Source of the DNA: Trichosphaerium sp. ATCC 40318
Taxonomy: Eukaryota; Protista; Tubulinea
Direction: 5' to 3'
NCBI GenBank assembly: GCA_038496445.1
Contig: JALMLS010000640.1
Span: forward strand, 62,001 to 126,000
Length of the DNA stretch: 64,000 bases
The notes beneath the pieces are model-generated. The model was not told where the DNA came from and made no database searches. It saw nothing but the letters and a program-made list of their open reading frames with translations. Position 1 is the first letter of the stretch. Every line of letters starts with the position of its first letter. The translations under genes were made by a program, and so were the position numbers. This document shows, piece after piece, positions 48,639-61,356 of the stretch.

Positions 48639-49954
48639 ATGAAGCACTTCGCAAATAAGCACGTTTGGATTACTGGCGCTAGCAGTGGTAGGTTTGATGC
48701 GTCTGACATTTGATGTTTACAATAAGGTATTGGGAAGGCGTTGGCCATTCACCTCGCGCGTGAGGGCGCTATATTATCTCTTTCAGCGCGCTCACAGGAC
48801 AAACTAGAATCTCTTCACCAGGATATACTTTTAGGCTCAGGTACGCCAATTACTAAGTAAAGGAGCGCGTACGTGAGTTATAACGGAAATGTAGACAAAA
48901 CAAAATGTTATCCGTTAGATGTGCGAAACGCAACACGAGTACAACAAGTATATAATACCATCACCAGCGAGCAAGGTTATGATGTTTTATACGCAAACGT
49001 GAATTAAAACTGACATGTTTATCAAGGACCCATTGACATTGTTATTGCAAACGCAGGTACCACAAAAAATACAGTGTTTGACACTCACCTTTTGTTTTTT
49101 TTCTGACATTTCGTTTTTTCTACAAATTTTCAGTTGCTTACACCTTTTTGGCATAAACCAAGGCGTAAATAAACCCACAGGTATCTTAACATAAGCAAGA
49201 TAAGAATGGCTTTCACTTACGCGTGTTTCTTTAAAGAAAGCGTAAGTATAAATGAAATGGTAACGATAGTTGAGACTAATATCATTGGTACATTAAAACA
49301 ATCCGAAACAACTTCAAGAAAGATCTCATTTGTGGTTTTTAGGTTCTTTGTCTGTAATTATGTGTGCTTTACCCGATATGAAGTCGAGAAATAGTGGACA
49401 AATAGTAGGAATCAGTAGCATGGCAGCGTACAGGTTGGATTGTTTGTTTCTTTTTTTCTTAAATTGAAAGTAGAGCTTTACCCAAATCTGGCATTTATGG
49501 AGCAACAAAATCTGCTTTGTCTTATTTTTTAACGACTCTCGATATGGAACTACGGAATACTAAAATTATAGTAACTGTACGTCTTATCTAGTCTCTAATT
49601 GTTGGTTATGATTGTTGTTAATTTTGTAAAGGATATTTGTCCTGGGTTTATTGATACACCGGCAGTTAAGGTTGGAGAGCATCCGACTCCTTTCTTAATG
49701 TCTTCTGATAAAGCAGCAGATTATATACTATATGCTATTCGTACCAAACAAGGTAGCGCAATATTTCTGTAATGAGCGCAAATGTCAGAAGAAAATATGA
49801 GATTGAAACAATCAAAGCTTGTTAGTTTGAGCGCACTCTGACTTATTTATTAGTACATTATGGGTTCCCTTGGATTATGGAGAATGTTATTATAACTTTA
49901 CAGCAGATGTTACCGCGGTTTATTTATTCTTGGATCATGCCTTTGTTGGCATAA
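48639..49954 (+). CDS. Short-chain dehydrogenase/reductase, multi-exon
   Basis: ITGASSGIG, IANAG, ISSMA, catalytic YGATK, ICPGFIDTP. Confidence 0.9.
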
Positions 49955-50003
49955 ACAACAGTCGATTTTTTGGTATTTTTTTTTCTTTGTTTTAAAAGGG
50001 TAT

Positions 50004-50217
50004 GGTTGACCTCGAATGGCGGGTAGTGCAACACCATGTAGATCATTGCAACGAGGAGGTGTTTAAAACAGGCAAGCCTGCAACGTGTTCCAAGTCGCCC
50101 AAAATAAAAAATTAGCATAAACGGTTTCGTGCTTCCCGTAGGAATAACACCAACAGCGTTTAAACTGTCGAGAACAGATACTACACTTGATCAAAGCCAA
50201 AAGGCCGAGAAGAGGTT
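50004..50217 (-). ncRNA. U2: U2 spliceosomal snRNA
   Basis: Minus strand reads CTTCTCGGCCTTTTGGCTTTGATCAAGTGTAGTATCTGTTCT (branch-site recognition GUAGUA), with Sm site AATTTTTTA and stem-loop IV TTGCACTACC. Confidence 0.96.
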
Positions 50218-50268
50218 GATTAAAACAATGAGAAACAGAGTTGTACATTTGAAAATCAAAATCGTTTT

Positions 50269-50276
50269 TTGTGGGA
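50269..50276 (-). promoter_or_regulatory. DUSE/USE snRNA promoter element (TCCCACAA)
   Basis: Matches the Dictyostelium upstream sequence element WCCCAYAA, about 60 nt upstream of U2. Confidence 0.75.
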
Positions 50277-50578
50277 TTCAAAGATAAGACACGGATTGCG
50301 CAAACTCATAATACCATGTCAATATGTCTATTGTATAAACATACACTAAGCCTTATCCAGACAGAAATGCTTTGATTATCACAAGACTTTCTCAATGAAA
50401 TCGCTTTGAAAAACCGCTTAATCGATTTCCAACGTCCTTCACACGATCAAATGGCAATGGCTCAATGCACCAGAACCCGTTATATAGAAACAAAAGATTG
50501 AATACAATGATTTGCACATTTATTTACAAGTTTTACAAGTTTGATCCATCGATTCCGAGAAAAGATGAATTTGTTGTT

Positions 50579-50845
50579 TTAACAGTTTGAAGCGTTTCCC
50601 CAAGTGTTTACAAAGTACTGCGCTTCTTCAAAGGTGTTCATACGCGAGAGGGCCGGTTTGCGTGAATTGGTGTTGTTATTTCTGCTTCTGTTGTAACGAC
50701 GTGCCATTCTGCTGTTGTTGGCGGTCATTCTAGAGGTGTTGGCGCAGTTGCGTTGGCTTCTTCGCGTTTTGCTTTGGCCCATTTGCAAAAACATTTCAGC
50801 GTTTTCGAGTAACATTCTCTCTTCTCTTTGGCCTGGTCTGTTCAT
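50579..50845 (-). CDS. Small Arg/Asn-rich basic protein
   Basis: 88-aa intronless ORF with A-rich Kozak context and a downstream AATAAA. Confidence 0.55.
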   Translation of the reverse strand: MNRPGQREERMLLENAEMFLQMGQSKTRRSQRNCANTSRMTANNSRMARRYNRSRNNNTNSRKPALSRMNTFEEAQYFVNTWGNASNC

Positions 50846-51196
50846 TTTTTAGTTGTGGTTGATGGTTGTTGTGTGCTGATTTATGTTGTTTAGTTGTCTT
50901 GTCAGTGCTGAACTTAACTGGTATTCTCATAATCATTTCATAAAGTTACTATTTTTTTTTCGTAGAAATGGTTCGTACACAATGCAAAATATGACGCTGC
51001 CGAGCAGCTTAAAAAGTTTCTTACAGGTTAATGAACGTGAGTACCACTAACAAGGGTGAAAAACGTGTAGGTCATGACTAATTTTTTCGAATCCAAAAGA
51101 ACTCAAGTTCAAACAAATTCAAGAAATGGTTTACATTGCTCGTATATATGACGTTATTTCATGCAACGTCTAGTCGTTAATACGACACTAGCGTGT

Positions 51197-52847
51197 TTAT
51201 TTAAAAGTGGCACAACAAGACTTACACGGGAATGAACCACCTTGAAAATAAGTCCTAGGAAACAATGAGTGTTTCAAGAAAAAATTATTATTGTACGTTT
51301 TCTCATCTCCTTCATAGAACTTTTGGAAGGCTATGGCTTGAGTATCTCCATTGATCTTAATATCTCCCCTATTATTTAGTATCCTTAGACATGAACTTTA
51401 CAGTAAATAGTAGAGTACCATTCTCCACAATGATGATGACATGAGTCCAAGAAAATACCATGAATTGGATTGACAAGTAAGTTCTGTTTGACCAAGTATG
51501 TCAATGATGCTCCGTAATCGTTTATCAATGTATCATTTGTAGATCCCAAGTCGTTTGCTGTTTGCCATGAATCATATTCAGATTGTAGAGGAAAGATTGG
51601 TGTGGTTATGAACGGAGCAGTATACTACACTTGTTTGATTTCTTTGGAAACATGTCATTGTTTTACAACGTACTTGTGCGAATATACAACGCCATGCCTG
51701 ACCACTTGGTTCATACGCTTTGATACATGCTTGGTTAACACCTTATTTTGGTTGGTGAGAAAACATGTTATAGATACGAGTAAGAGCAATCGTACCTGAT
51801 GTTGAGTTCATTGAGTTGAATACCCATTGCATTCCAGAGTGATATTTTGGAGGACCTTCAAAGTCCAAAAAGAATCCACTGTCAGGCAAACCTGAAGTAA
51901 TTAAGAAAGCAACATTAGAACATACCTCTGACTTTTGCCATTTTAGGAAGGTTTTCTGCCCACCAATCAACATGAAAGTATGTTGCAAGTCCACCAGCAG
52001 AACAACCTGAAATAACAACATCTGTTGATTTGTCCAAGCCTTTTGTTGTCATCAAAGAATCATGCATTGCTTTTAGCACTCGGTTTCCACGATAGTATAG
52101 TTTGTGGCCTTCGTAGACATCAGGATCTTCCCTATTTCCTAAACAAGACTAAGGTTCAAGAAACAAACGAATTACGAGACGTTTTGCTGTCATGGTACTT
52201 TAACTTTCGAACCTGAAAATGAACCACCGTCACAATATCGTAGGTATACTTTGTTCCAATTATACATCATTGGGTTGGTTGTCTCATTGTTTGAAAAGTA
52301 TCCAAAGTTCAAGTCCAAAGTAGGTGTAAAACTCTTAGAGGAACCAAGGCGACCTATTTGTATGTTTTTCATTTCTATTACTATCTAATCGTACCTAATG
52401 ATCTATTGTAACAGTCTGCTGAGCTCTGACACCTATCAAACTAAGCTTGTCATTCATTGTACACAGCGTACCAACCACCACTCTCATGATGAATGCACCT
52501 TTTCAAAACACGTGAGTCAAAAAAATAAATGATGTTCATTCTGTATTGTGCTTTGAAAGGACTGTTAACGCACCACTTGTTAGCTCCACTTCCGGAGCCT
52601 GGACGGAAGTAATACGCGCCAGGAGTGCCATCAATACAGGTGGCTCCTTCTGTTTTAGCAGCCTCAGTTAGAAACGTCACATTGAACAGATCAGACGCCG
52701 CATCAGTGGATGTGGTAAGCCTATCTTTAAATAGTGAACAGCACTTTTTATTAAATAAACAAACCTAAAAAGTGCCTCATGGCTTTGTATAGCGCTTAAT
52801 ACAATAGTGTGTAGGAGAAAACAATAAACCAAGACAAGTGGAGTCAT
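51197..52847 (-). CDS. Pectin acetylesterase/Notum family, copy A
   Basis: [26 protein letters not shown], catalytic GCSAGG, DSCHHHC. The oxyanion region reads HESGGW. Confidence 0.9.
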
Positions 52848-53507
52848 TTGTTTAAGTGTTCAGCGATGTTTTCAACAAAACGAGTTAAGGTTTCTACTTA
52901 AAGCTGTGAGTAAAAAGGAGTTTGTTGAAGAAGTAAGGTTGATTCATAGTTAACATAATGTATCTTGACCTCAGAAAAAGCAGTCCTTGTTCTCATATCC
53001 TTTGTAGGGCTCTTGGGACTACGACTGGAGTGCCTCCTATTGTTGCATGTTGATTAGACGTGATGAATATTCACATCTTAACAAACACGTGGCGAAAGAC
53101 AGTATGCAAAATTTAATTAACAAGAAGTGCTCCAGGGTAACTCTTGATTCATCGCAGGACCCTAGGAGCGGTATATAAATACGCGCTACTTCTGAATAGA
53201 TGCATTTCAACACAAATACCTGTCATCAACGTGGTACAACACTATTTCTTGGAACTACACAATAGGTGAATTGTACATAGTGAGGAATAGTGACTCACTA
53301 CAGTGAAGCACTGTTGAGAAAACACATTTTATGCGACAACTTATTTGCAAGGAAAAACAAGCAACAGACACAGCTCCTAAACTAAAACAATGTACTTCAC
53401 CTCTTTTCTCTAGTGTATTCACACTTTTCTATACATAACGCTAATTAGTTGTAATAGCTCTGGAAGCAACGTTTTGGCACGTGGGAAAAACGAGGAAAAT
53501 CCCCAAA

Positions 53508-54595
53508 ATGATACCAAAGAAAAACTTGATTGTTGCACAATCACGTGACATTGTCACTCTGCTTGATCTTCCTAAAGAAATACAAAAGTATATATGTTCG
53601 TCAAATGTTGAAGCGTTCACAAAGTTCCACACACTATCAAAAAGGGCTGCTATTAACACTCATTTTAACGATAGTTTACAGCGTAGTGGGATATGGATGA
53701 AGTGGTATAGTAGCGGACAACTGAAGGAACAAAGCTATTGGATTGATGATAAACAAAATGGAGAAGCTAAAGAGTGGTACAAGAACGTCCTACTTCTGTA
53801 CAAAACATATGGCAATGGTAAAACTGACAAGCTCATAGCATGGCATGAAGATGTGCAACTTAAAGCACAATCTATATGGGTTGATGGTAAAAAAAATGGT
53901 GTAGCTAGAGAGTGGTATCGAAGCGGGCAACTTCGTATGCAGTTTATGTTTGTTGATGGTAAAAAATGTGGAGAGTCTAAAGAGTGGCATGATAATGGAC
54001 AACTCAAGTCACAATGTATGTTAGTTGATGATAAGAAGAATGGCGAATGTATAGAGTGGCATGCAAACGGAAAACTTCGAAGTCAATGCGTGTGGGTCAA
54101 TGATGAACGACAAGGCGAATTTAATGAGTGGTACACAAATGGACAACGTTCAAGAAAAAGTACATGGATAGATGGTAAACAACATGGCGACGAAAGAGAG
54201 TGGTTCAAAAATGGACAACTTCGAAGTCATTGCATGTACAATGATGGCAACCGAATTGGAGAGGATAAAGAATGGTATGAAAATGGGCAACTGAAGATAC
54301 AATGTATGTGGGCTGATTGTAAACGAAATGGTGAGGACAAAGAATGGTACGAAAATGGACAACTGAAGATACAATGTATGGGGTTGACAGTAAACGGATT
54401 GGTGAGGATAAAGAATGGTATGACAATGGGCAACTGAAGATACAATGCATGTGGGTTGACGGCAAAATGCATGGTGAATACAAGGAGTGGTATCGATTTG
54501 GGCAACTTAAAGTGCAATCAATGTGGGTTGATGATAAACAAAATGGTGAAGCTAAAGAGTGGTATCCAAATGGACAACTTAAAACACAAGGGTAA
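53508..54595 (+). CDS. F-box-like + MORN-variant repeat protein (intronless) with a frameshift at ~54381
   Basis: LLDLPKEIQKYI, then about 12 24-aa repeats GE.KEWY.NGQLK.QCMWVDGK. The repeats continue in another frame to TAA 54595. Confidence 0.8.
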
Positions 54596-54655
54596 ACAAC
54601 ATAAATTACAGCTGTCAGAAAAGTGAGCAGATTGACGTGGGTTAGCTTTATTGCC

Positions 54656-56340
54656 TTAAAGAGAACAACAATCTTTACAAGGATATATGGCACCTTGGAT
54701 GTAAGGCCTAGAACAGAAAATAAATAGACAATTGCAACTAAAGAAGAATATCGTTGTACGTTTTCTCATCTCCTTCATAGAACTTTTGGAAGGCTATGGC
54801 TTGAGTATCTCCATTGATCTTAATATCTCCCCTATTATTTAGTATCCTTAGACATGAACTTTACAGTGAATAGTAGAGTACCATTCTCCACAATGATGAT
54901 GACATGAATCCAAGAAAATACCATGAATTGGATTGACAAGCAAATTCTGTTTGACCAGTTGTGTCAATAATGCACCATACTCGTTTATCAGAGTGACGTT
55001 GCTAGATACCAAGTCGTTTGTAATTTGCCATTTATCGTACTCAGATTGCAATGGAAAGAGAGGTGTGGTTATGAATGGAGCAGTATACTATAGTGTAAGT
55101 TGTTAACCTTGTTTTAGTCTTTGTGGAACTTTGTTGTTTCAGAACATACTTGTGCGAATATACAATGCCATGCCTGACCACTTGGTTCATAAGATTTGAT
55201 ACATGCTTGGTTAACACCTTATTTGGTTGGTGAGACAACATATTGTAAAAACGTGAGCAATTGTACCTGATGTTGAGTTCATTGAGTTGAATATCCATTT
55301 CATTCCAGAGGAATAATTTGAATGTTCATAATCAAGGAAGAATCCACTGTCAGGCAAACCTAAAGTAATTAAGAAAAGTTAAATTACGTGTTTTCGTAGA
55401 GGACAAAGTACGAAGGAACATGAGAACTAAGTTCATACCTCTGACTTTTGCCATTTTAGGAAGGTTTTCTGCCCACCAATCAACATGAAGGTATGTTGCA
55501 AGTCCGCCAGCAGAACAACCTGAAATAACAACATCTGTTGATTTGTCCAAGCCTTTTGTTGTCATCAAAGAATCATGCATTGCTTTCAGCACTCTCTTTC
55601 CACGGTAGTATACGTTATGACCTTCGTAGACATCAGGATCTTCTCTATTCCCTAAAAGAAAGTTACAAAAAAATAGTATAACAAACAATAGCCTGGTGAC
55701 GAACCTGAAAATGAACCACCGTCACAGTATCGTAGGTACGCCATGTTCCAATTATACATCATTGGGTTGACTGTATCATCGTTTGAGAAGTATCCGGTAT
55801 TCATTATCAAAGAAGGTTTATAATGCTTGGAGGAACCAAGCTTGCCTTTATATTTGTATTAGTTATTGACAAGTGGGAAAATTGTAACTGTGGGTTGCTC
55901 TTCCATAACACCTTGATGAGCTGTTACACCTTAAAAAAGATGAGAAGACAAAGCTACTTCTTGTACATACCAACCGCCGCCTTGATGATGAATGTACCTT
56001 TTCAAAACACGTGAGTCAAAAAGTTGAAAAAGTCGGAGAACTTTTCGGTGTTTAGCGGCGTACCATTTGTTAGCTCCGCTTCCGTAGCCTGGGCGGAAGT
56101 AATACGCGCCGGGGGTACCATCAAGACAGACGGCGCCTTCTGTTTTAGCAGCTTCAGTTAGAAACGTCACGTTGAACAGATCAGACGCCGCATCAGTAGG
56201 TAAAGGAAGCCTGTGTTGTTAGATAGTGAGTTGACGCTTTACAATCTTAATACAAACCTAAAATGTGCCTCATGGTTTTGAATAGCGCCTAGCGTGACAC
56301 TAGATAGCAAAAAACAACAAACAAAGAAATATGGCGTCAT
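54656..56340 (-). CDS. Pectin acetylesterase/Notum family, copy B
   Basis: [31 protein letters not shown]; same exon layout as copies A and C. Confidence 0.9.
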
Positions 56341-56482
56341 TTGTATTGACTTGCCTCACGTGACGTTTACACAAAAAATGGTTAAGGTGCAATGTTTTAC
56401 GCTGCAAAAGTTTAAGTTCGTTAGAACGCAAACACATGATGCACATTCTGAGTAGAGGTTGACGACGGTTTGCTTTATTGTC

Positions 56483-58226
56483 TTAAGGAGAACAACAATC
56501 TTTACAAGGATATATGGCACCTTGGATGTAAGGCCTAGAACAGAAAATAAATAGACAATTTCAAACGAAAGAAGAATATCGTTGTACGTTTTCTCATCTC
56601 CTTCATAGAACTTTTGGAAGGCTATGGCTTGCGTGTCTCCATTGATCTTAATATCTCCCCTATTATTCAGTATCCTTAGACATGAAATTACAGTTAATAG
56701 TAGAGTACCATTCTCCACAATGATGATGACATGAGTCCAAGAAAATACCATGAATTGGATTGACAAGTAAGTTCTGTTTGACCAAGTATGTCAATGATGC
56801 TCCGTAATCGTTTATCAATGTGTCGTTTGTAGATCCCAAGTCGTTTGCTGTTTGCCATGAGTCATATTCAGATTGTAGAGGAAATATTGGTGTGGTTATG
56901 AACGGAGCAGTATACTAAACTTGTTTGAGTTCTTTGGAAACATGTCATTGTTTTACAACATACTTGTGCGAATATACAGCGCCACGCTTGACCACTTGGT
57001 TCATAAGCTTTGATACATGCTTGGTTCACACCTGACATGTATCGGTAAGAAAACACAGGTAGCAAATAGACAATTAAAAGAAATAGGATAAAGATAGTTT
57101 ACGTGTAAATGCAATTGTACCTGATGTTGAATTCATTGAGTTGAATACCCATTGCATTCCAGAATGATATTTTGGAGGACCTTCAAAGTCCAAGAAGAAT
57201 CCACTGTCAGGCAAACCTTAAAGTAATAAGAAAAGGAAATTACGTGTTTTTGTAGCGGACTAAGTGCGAAGGAACATGAGAACTAAGTTCATACCTCTGA
57301 CTTTTGCCATTTTAGGAAGGTTTTCTGCCCACCAATCAACATGAAAGTATGTTGCAAGTCCACCAGCAGAACAACCTGAAATAACAACATCTGTTGATTT
57401 GTCCAAGCCTTTCGTTGTCATCAAAGATTCATGCATTGCTTTCAGTACACGTATTCCACGATAGTATAGTTTGTGGCCTTCGTAGACATCAGGATCTTCT
57501 CTGTTTCCTAAAATAGGAATGTCAAAAAGTGTTAATGAATGACAGCTAAGAAGCGAACCTGAAAACGAACCACCGTCACAGTATCGAAGGTACACCATGT
57601 TCCAATTATACATCATTGGGTTAACTGTATCCTCGTTTGAGAAGTACCCACCGTTCAATGCCATAGTAGGTGTATAGCTCTTGGAGGAACCGAGGCGACC
57701 TTATACTTCAATTTATTCCAATTGAACTAAAAAAAATCGTACCTAATGATCTACCATAACAGTTGTCTGAGCTCTCGCACCTATATAGATAAGCAAAATT
57801 TACTACTTAAAATAGACGTACCAACCACCGCCTTCATGGTGAATGTACCTTTTCAAAACACGTGAGTCAAAAGTTGAAAAACCTAAAAACTTTTCGAAGT
57901 AAAAACAGTCCATCTTGAAATTATCTCTGGGAAACGACTGTCTTACCATTTGTTGGCTCCACTTCCGGAGCCTGGACGGAAGTAATACGCGCCAGGAGTA
58001 CCATCAATACAGATGGCTCCTTCTGTTTTAGCAGCCTCAGTTAGAAACGTCACATTGAACAGATCAGACGCCGCGTCGGTGGGTAAAGGAAGCCTGTAAT
58101 ATCGTTAGATAGTGAGTTGGCGCTTTACAATCTTAATACAAACCTAAAAAGTGCCTCATGGTTTTGAATAGCGCCTAATGCGACACTAGATAACAAAAAA
58201 CAACAAATTATGAAATGTGGTGTCAT
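56483..58226 (-). CDS. Pectin acetylesterase/Notum family, copy C
   Basis: [37 protein letters not shown]. Confidence 0.9.
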
Positions 58227-58429
58227 TTGCGTTGAGTTTGAAGATTATGTAACTGTTTTTTTGCGCAAATGTGAGTTACACGTGGTACAGCTGTCACGTT
58301 TTTACTTTGAGCTTAATTTCGAACGTTTAAGCCTCATTGTTAAGCTGTTAGCTTTATTTACGCGCGTACAGCGTTTAAACGGCCGAAGTCGCTGTAGATG
58401 GTATTTTGGTGGCTTGAGTATATGCCACG

Positions 58430-61015
58430 ATGAAAGCAAAGCTAGGGTGTTGCTGTACGTTTAAAGGTGTTGGTTTTAGTGACATTACTGATGATAAATC
58501 GTCAACAGCATGCTACACGCATTCTAGACGCGTGAGAAAGCATAGCAGGCGTAATTGTACACGGAATTATTCAACCAGCGATGTTTCTGTCACAAACGAT
58601 GTTGTAGATGAACAAAAGCCTAAGAGGTATGTACTATAACGCTTTGGTATCAAATTGTAAGTGCTGGCTCTCAATAATTGATAAAACCATTGGTAAACGG
58701 TTCTCCGCTGATGAAAAAGCAGAAAAAAGCACAGTGACCTTATAGCAAGGCAATACAAGATTTTTCAACAAGTTGGTGACAGTCTCGGTATTAAGACGTT
58801 TGATGACTGGTACACCATAGACAAACAAGATGTAAGCGATTTGATCGGTAGTAGCATCTTCAACAAGTGCGTGGTGATGCAAAAACTTGAAAAAGAAATT
58901 TAATAAGATTGCATATTTTAGATATAACAGGTGCTTGGGTACAGCGTTACATCATGTATTCCCAGACGTTGAGTGGCAAGATTGGCGTTTCGGGTATCTT
59001 TACAAATGATCTTTTTTTGAAAATAATCACGTGTTGTAGTCGTGCACCTCCAGGATTCTGGTTGGTTTTACAAAATCAAAAAACATTCATTGATAGTGTT
59101 GCAAGTGAAATGGGCGTTAAAACTCTGGATGATTGGTATCGTATTGGTACTCATACACTCATAGATTATGGCGCATCGGGTATGATGATGGAAAGGTACA
59201 CGTGAACCAAAGTTTAGTTCTAAAAAATCATCAACTTTTGTAAAACATCTTTTTATCTGATAGTCTTTTTGTTTAAAAGGTATGGAAACTCTGTGTCAAG
59301 ACTAGTAAGACAATTGTATCCTGGATTTAAATGGGATAGTAAAAAATTCTTGTACGTCGCTAGAAATTCGGGTATTGGTTTGTTGTTGGTTGTTTTTTTT
59401 TGTTTCAAAACAATAAACTGTGACAAAGCATTGATACAAGTTTAGGTATTGTCCACGGAATCTATGGGAAAATACTGTAAGACAGTATAAAATTATGGAA
59501 GGTATAAGCAAGAGGTATAATGTGAAGACATGTGAAGAATGGTATTCAAGATGTCATAAAGTTAAACTGTCAATGCAAGAAAGATACATAATTTCAAAGT
59601 AAGTTTTGTTACGCTACTGACAATGATTGGTAAATGAATTAATGTGAATGTTCTCGTAGGTATGATAATGAATTAAAGAACGCAATAATGGGGATATACA
59701 CTAATTTTAATTGGATGCCTTGGCGGTTCAAGTTCGTTTTGGTTTTTTTTGTGATTTTTACCTTTTTCTTGTTCGATTTGGACTTGTATTCTAATAAATC
59801 TTAGTCGTGTTGATGTTGGTTACTGGACAGGTAATACGGGTGTCAAAAATCAGAGAGAACGGTTTGAAGATTTGGGTAACCTGTTGGGTGTAAAAAGGAT
59901 GGACGATTGGTATAATGTAAGATTGACTGATGTTGCTCACGTTGGTGGCTCTACTCTACTCAGAATGCACGTGATTTCTTGAAGGTTATGTTCATTCTAA
60001 TTGATTTATTTAGAAACGGCAACAGCCTTGCAAGCGGTCTTCTAAAGGTGTACAGTGACTATCCATGGAACCTAAACAATTTTGAGTACGAAGATATTGA
60101 TTTTAACTTGAGTTTGTTTTACTTTCTGTCAACTCTGTCTTACAACAACTTTAGTATCAAACGTAGTATATATCCTATAGGATTTTGGAAGGACAATGTA
60201 AATATAAGAAGCTTCTTTAAGAAAGCTGAGAATGTCTTAAGGATCAACAATCCGTGGGATTGGTAAGTGAATCAAAGACCAAAATCAAATCAACCTCACT
60301 GTAAACTCCTAAGTCCGTCACTAGGTACACTGTATCTGTATCGCAGTTAGTTCAATTGTCTAGTGGAGCTACGAGTGTATTCCCAAAAGCACTAGGGATG
60401 ATGTATCCTGAAGTAGAATGGGATTGGAGCCTTTTCAAGGTTTCTTTTAAAAAAACATGTCAATGGTAACTTACAGCTTCAATACTTTTCTGGGCTAACC
60501 TTTCATTATTTCAGGCAGCTTGTTCAGTGTGTAAAAAGTATATTTCCTCGGCATGAGGTAGAAGAGGAACATTATATTGGGTTTAGAGAAGACACAGGCG
60601 TAGCGCTTAATGTAGATGTTTTTGTCCCTCACTTTAATCTTGCCTTAGAATATCAAGGTACTTTGTTTTGTCTCACTTTACCAAACAGCAAGCTTAATAA
60701 TTTCTTTAGGTGAACACCATTATAAGGATGATATACCTTATGCGCTACCATCAATAGTTTACGGCAACAGAGATTTTGAGAAGGCGGATTTATGCCAGCA
60801 GTTTGGTACCAACATCTTTGTCTTGTTTTTGGGAAAAACCAGTTGATTTTGACCTTGTTTGTACAGGCATTTGTTTGGTTCCTGTTCCATATTGGTGGCG
60901 TGGTGATGTAGATACATTAGCTGCAACTATACTTCATTATAAACCAGACTTGAAGTTTGACCTTCCGGCTCATGTACGGGCTTTAACATCAGTGAACCAT
61001 CAAGAGGGTACCTAA
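58430..61015 (+). CDS. Putative mitochondrial 'DDWY'-repeat protein with C-terminal PD-(D/E)XK domain, paralog 2
   Basis: Presequence-like RRVRKHSRRNCTRNYST. Repeats LGIKTFDDWY, MGVKTLDDWY, LGVKRMDDWY. C-terminus VDVFVPHFNLALEYQGEHHY...RDFEKADLC..GICLVPVPYWW. Confidence 0.8.
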
Positions 61016-61356
61016 TTGACTAGATTTTTTTCCTTACTCAATAAGTTGTTGCTAAACATGCATCTTAGGCTACAGCAGACCTATTATGTCTCCATGCGCT
61101 ACTTTATCAGTTTGACACTCTGAAACAATGTACAGTTTTTTTTCACTGGCTCCAATAAACAAATACAAAGATTGATGCGTGTAATGTGAGTACTGCACTT
61201 ACTGCGCTCACTCCTATTTCCTTTGGTAAACTAGTACCTTTGTTTCATGTATTTTTATCCAAAACTTAGAGAGTTCTTAACAGCTAGAACCGTTGAAACA
61301 TATAGCAGTTAGTGCCATAAAACTACACAAAACATAAGGCTAAGTTTGCTGTTTTA

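Noticed and set aside
17185-54385. Insertional RNA editing to repair the two 1-nt frameshifts (Ras-like and MORN genes)
   Set aside because: Only two cases, both in divergent accessory genes. The conserved exons I translated need no correction, so sequence error or pseudogenisation is simpler.
53735-54693. Repetitive minus-strand ORFs (CPLSYHSL...)
   Set aside because: Antisense shadows of the MORN repeats.
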